DNA from: Balanoglossus misakiensis | Lineage: Eukaryota > Animalia > Hemichordata | NCBI GenBank assembly: GCA_040954595.2 | Contig: CM082585.2 | Coordinates: 9,350,564 to 9,414,563 of the forward strand | Length of the DNA: 64,000 bases | Reading direction: 5' to 3' | Made by a program: the position numbers and the translations under genes | The notes under the pieces: generated by a model | What the model was told of the DNA's origin: nothing | What the model saw: the letters and a program-made list of their open reading frames with translations, nothing else | Database searches by the model: none | Part shown: positions 60,801 through 64,000 of the stretch, piece by piece | Position numbering within the stretch: position 1 is the stretch's first letter | Layout of the letters: every line of letters begins with the position of its first letter

Positions 60801-63800
60801 GTCATTTTTTGAAAAAAACCATGGGTTATAGCTCAGGAAAATGTTGAAAAATCGACGATTTTTCGACTTTGCGAATTTTCAAAATTTGGTCATTTTTTGA
60901 AAAAACCATGGGTTATAGCTCAGGAAAATGTTGAAAAATCGACGATTTTTCGACTTTGCGAATTTTCAAAATTTGGTCATTTTTTGAAAAAAACATGGGT
61001 TATAGCTCAGGAAAATGTTGAAAAATCGACGATTTTTCGACTTTGCGAATTTTCAAAATTTGGTCATTTTTTGAAAAAAACATGGGTTATAGCTCAGGAA
61101 AATGTTGAAAAATCGACGATTTTTCGACTTTGCGTATTTTCAAAATTTGGTCATTTTTTGAAAAAACCATGGGTTATAGCTCAGGAAAATGTTGAAAAAT
61201 CGACGATTTTTCGACTTTGCGAATTTTCAAAATTTGGTCATTTTTTGAAAAAACCATGGGTTATAGCTCAGGAAAATGTTGAAAAATCGACGATTTTTCG
61301 ACTTTGCGAATTTTCAAAATTTGGTCATTTTTTGAAAAAACCATGGGTTATAGCTCAGGAAAATGTTGAAAAATCGACGATTTTTCGACTTTGCGAATTT
61401 TCAAAATTTGGTCATTTTTTGAAAAAACCATGGGTTATAGCTCAGGAAAATGTTAAAAATCGACGATTTTTCGACTTTGCGAATTTTCAAAATTTGGTCA
61501 TTTTTTGAAAAAACCATGGGTTATAGCTCAGGAAAATGTTGAAAAATCGACGATTTTTCGACTTTGCGTATTTTCAAAATTTGGTCATTTTTTGAAAAAA
61601 ACCATGGGTTATAGCTCAGGAAAATGTTGGAAAATCGACGATTTTTCGACTTTGCGAATTTTCAAAATTTGGTCATTTTTTGAAAAAACCATGGGTTATA
61701 GCTCAGGAAAATGTTGGAAAATCGACGATTTTTCGACTTTGCGAATTTTCAAAATTTGGTCATTTTTTGAAAAAACCATGGGTTATAGCTCAGGAAAATG
61801 TTGGAAAATCGACGATTTTTCGACTTTGCGTATTTTCAAAATTTGGTCATTTTTTGTAAAAAACCATGGGTTATAGCTCAGGAAAATGTTGAAAAATCGA
61901 CGATTTTTCGACTTTGCGAATTTTCAAAATTTGGTCATTTTTTGAAAAAACCATGGGTTATAGCTCAGGAAAATGTTGAAAAATCGACGATTTTTCGACT
62001 TTGCGAATTTTCAAAATTTGGTCATTTTTTGAAAAAACCATGGGTTATAGCTCAGGAAAATGTTGAAAAATCGACGATTTTTCGACTTTGCGAATTTTCA
62101 AAATTTGGTCATTTTTTGAAAAAACCATGGGTTATAGCTCAGGAAAATGTTGAAAAATCGACGATTTTTCGACTTTGCGAATTTTCAAAATTTGGTCATT
62201 TTTTGAAAAAACCATGGGTTATAGCTCAGGAAAATGTTGAAAAATCGACGATTTTTCGACTTTGCGAATTTTCAAAATTTGGTCATTTTTTGAAAAAACC
62301 ATGGGTTATAGCTCAGGAAAATGTTGAAAAATCGACGATTTTTCGACTTTGCGAATTTTCAAAATTTGGTCATTTTTTGAAAAAACCATGGGTTATAGCT
62401 CAGGAAAATGTTGAAAAATCGACGATTTTTCGACTTTGCGAATTTTCAAAATTTGGTCATTTGTTGAAAAAACCATGGGTTATAGCTCAGGAAAATGTTG
62501 AAAAATCGACGATTTTTCGACTTTGCGTATTTTCAAAATTTGGTCATTTTTTGAAAAAAACCATGGGTTATAGCTCAGGAAAATGTTGGAAAATCGACGA
62601 TTTTTCGACTTTGCGAATTTTCAAAATTTGGTCATTTTTTGAAAAAACCATGGGTTATAGCTCAGGAAAATGTTGGAAAATCGACGATTTTTCGACTTTG
62701 CGAATTTTCAAAATTTGGTCATTTTTTGAAAAAACCATGGGTTATAGCTCAGGAAAATGTTGGAAAATCGACGATTTTTCGACTTTGCGTATTTTCAAAA
62801 TTTGGTCATTTTTTGTAAAAAACCATGGGTTATAGCTCAGGAAAATGTTGAAAAATCGACGATTTTTCGACTTTGCGAATTTTCAAAATTTGGTCATTTT
62901 TTGAAAAAACCATGGGTTATAGCTCAGGAAAATGTTGAAAAATCGACGATTTTTCGACTTTGCGAATTTTCAAAATTTGGTCATTTTTTGAAAAAACCAT
63001 GGGTTATAGCTCAGGAAAATGTTGAAAAATCGACGATTTTTCGACTTTGCGAATTTTCAAAATTTGGTCATTTTTTGAAAAAACCATGGGTTATAGCTCA
63101 GGAAAATGTTGAAAAATCGACGATTTTTCGACTTTGCGAATTTTCAAAATTTGGTCATTTTTTGAAAAAACCATGGGTTATAGCTCAGGAAAATGTTGAA
63201 AAATCGACGATTTTTCGACTTTGCGAATTTTCAAAATTTGGTATTTTTTGAAAAAACCATGGGTTATAGCTCAGGAAAATGTTGAAAAATCGACGATTTT
63301 TCGACTTTGCGAATTTTCAAAATTTGGTCATTTTTTGAAAAAACCATGGGTTATAGCTCAGGAAAATGTTGAAAAATCGACGATTTTTCGACTTTGCGAA
63401 TTTTCAAAATTTGGTCATTTTTTGAAAAAACCATGGGTTATAGCTCAGGAAAATGTTGAAAAATCGACGATTTTTCGACTTTGCGAATTTTCAAAATTTG
63501 GTCATTTTTTGAAAAAAACCATGGGTTATAGCTCAGGAAAATGTTGAAAAATCGACGATTTTTCGACTTTGCGAATTTTCAAAATTTGGTCATTTTTTGA
63601 AAAAACCATGGGTTATAGCTCAGGAAAATGTTGAAAAATCGACGATTTTTCGACTTTGCGTATTTTCAAAATTTGGTCATTTTTTGAAAAAAACCATGGG
63701 TTATAGCTCAGGAAAATGTTGGAAAATCGACGATTTTTCGACTTTGCGAATTTTCAAAATTTGGTCATTTTTTGAAAAAACCATGGGTTATAGCTCAGGA

Positions 63801-64000
63801 AAATGTTGGAAAATCGACGATTTTTCGACTTTGCGAATTTTCAAAATTTGGTCATTTTTTGAAAAAACCATGGGTTATAGCTCAGGAAAATGTTGGAAAA
63901 TCGACGATTTTTCGACTTTGCGAATTTTCAAAATTTGGTCATTTTTTGAAAAAACCATGGGTTATAGCTCAGGAAAATGTTGGAAAATCGACGATTTTTC
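57850..64000. repeat. 87-bp tandem satellite array (~68-70 copies, continues past the window end)
   Basis: Monomer CCATGGGTTATAGCTCAGGAAAATGTTGAAAAATCGACGATTTTTCGACTTTGCGAATTTTCAAAATTTGGTCATTTTTTGAAAAAA. Copies at 57850-58280 are degenerate; later copies are near-identical. Confidence 0.98.

Noticed and set aside
58196-63547. Long ORFs (up to 770 aa) of repeated KKPWVIAQENVEKSTIFRLCEFSKFGHFL
   Set aside because: Artefact of an 87-bp (29-codon) satellite with one stop-free frame; frequent A-run indels break the frame and there is no gene structure.
57850-64000. Possible CRISPR array
   Set aside because: Monomers abut with no unique spacers, the context is eukaryotic, and there are no cas genes.

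Overview
AT-rich, intron-containing eukaryotic DNA from an animal, probably a marine invertebrate (inferred from gene content; the species cannot be determined). Splicing by hand at GT-AG sites gives 8 protein-coding genes. (1) The 3' part of an SLC27/FATP acyl-CoA synthetase. (2) A ~530-aa signal peptide-Ig-Ig-TM-TIR receptor with IL-1R-like architecture and a 25-kb first intron. (3, 4) Two tandem paralogous leaderless genes facing the receptor, with patterns suggesting an IL-1/FGF-type beta-trefoil fold. (5) A His/Met-repeat single-pass membrane protein. (6) A ZFP91/ZNF653-like C2H2 zinc-finger gene. (7) An ankyrin-repeat protein ending in a CaaX box. (8) A 14-coding-exon gamma-butyrobetaine-dioxygenase-like Fe(II)/2OG enzyme with a likely mitochondrial presequence. 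There are also several MITEs, a perfect 191-bp-arm palindrome, microsatellites, and an 87-bp satellite filling the last ~6 kb; its monomer matches the interior of a TTAA-flanked MITE 29 kb upstream. The best candidate for a new system is an invertebrate IL-1-like ligand/receptor locus: two beta-trefoil cytokine-like genes beside an Ig2-TIR receptor with a degenerate TIR and a RHIM-like juxtamembrane motif. All fold and family calls are by-eye pattern recognition, not database results.
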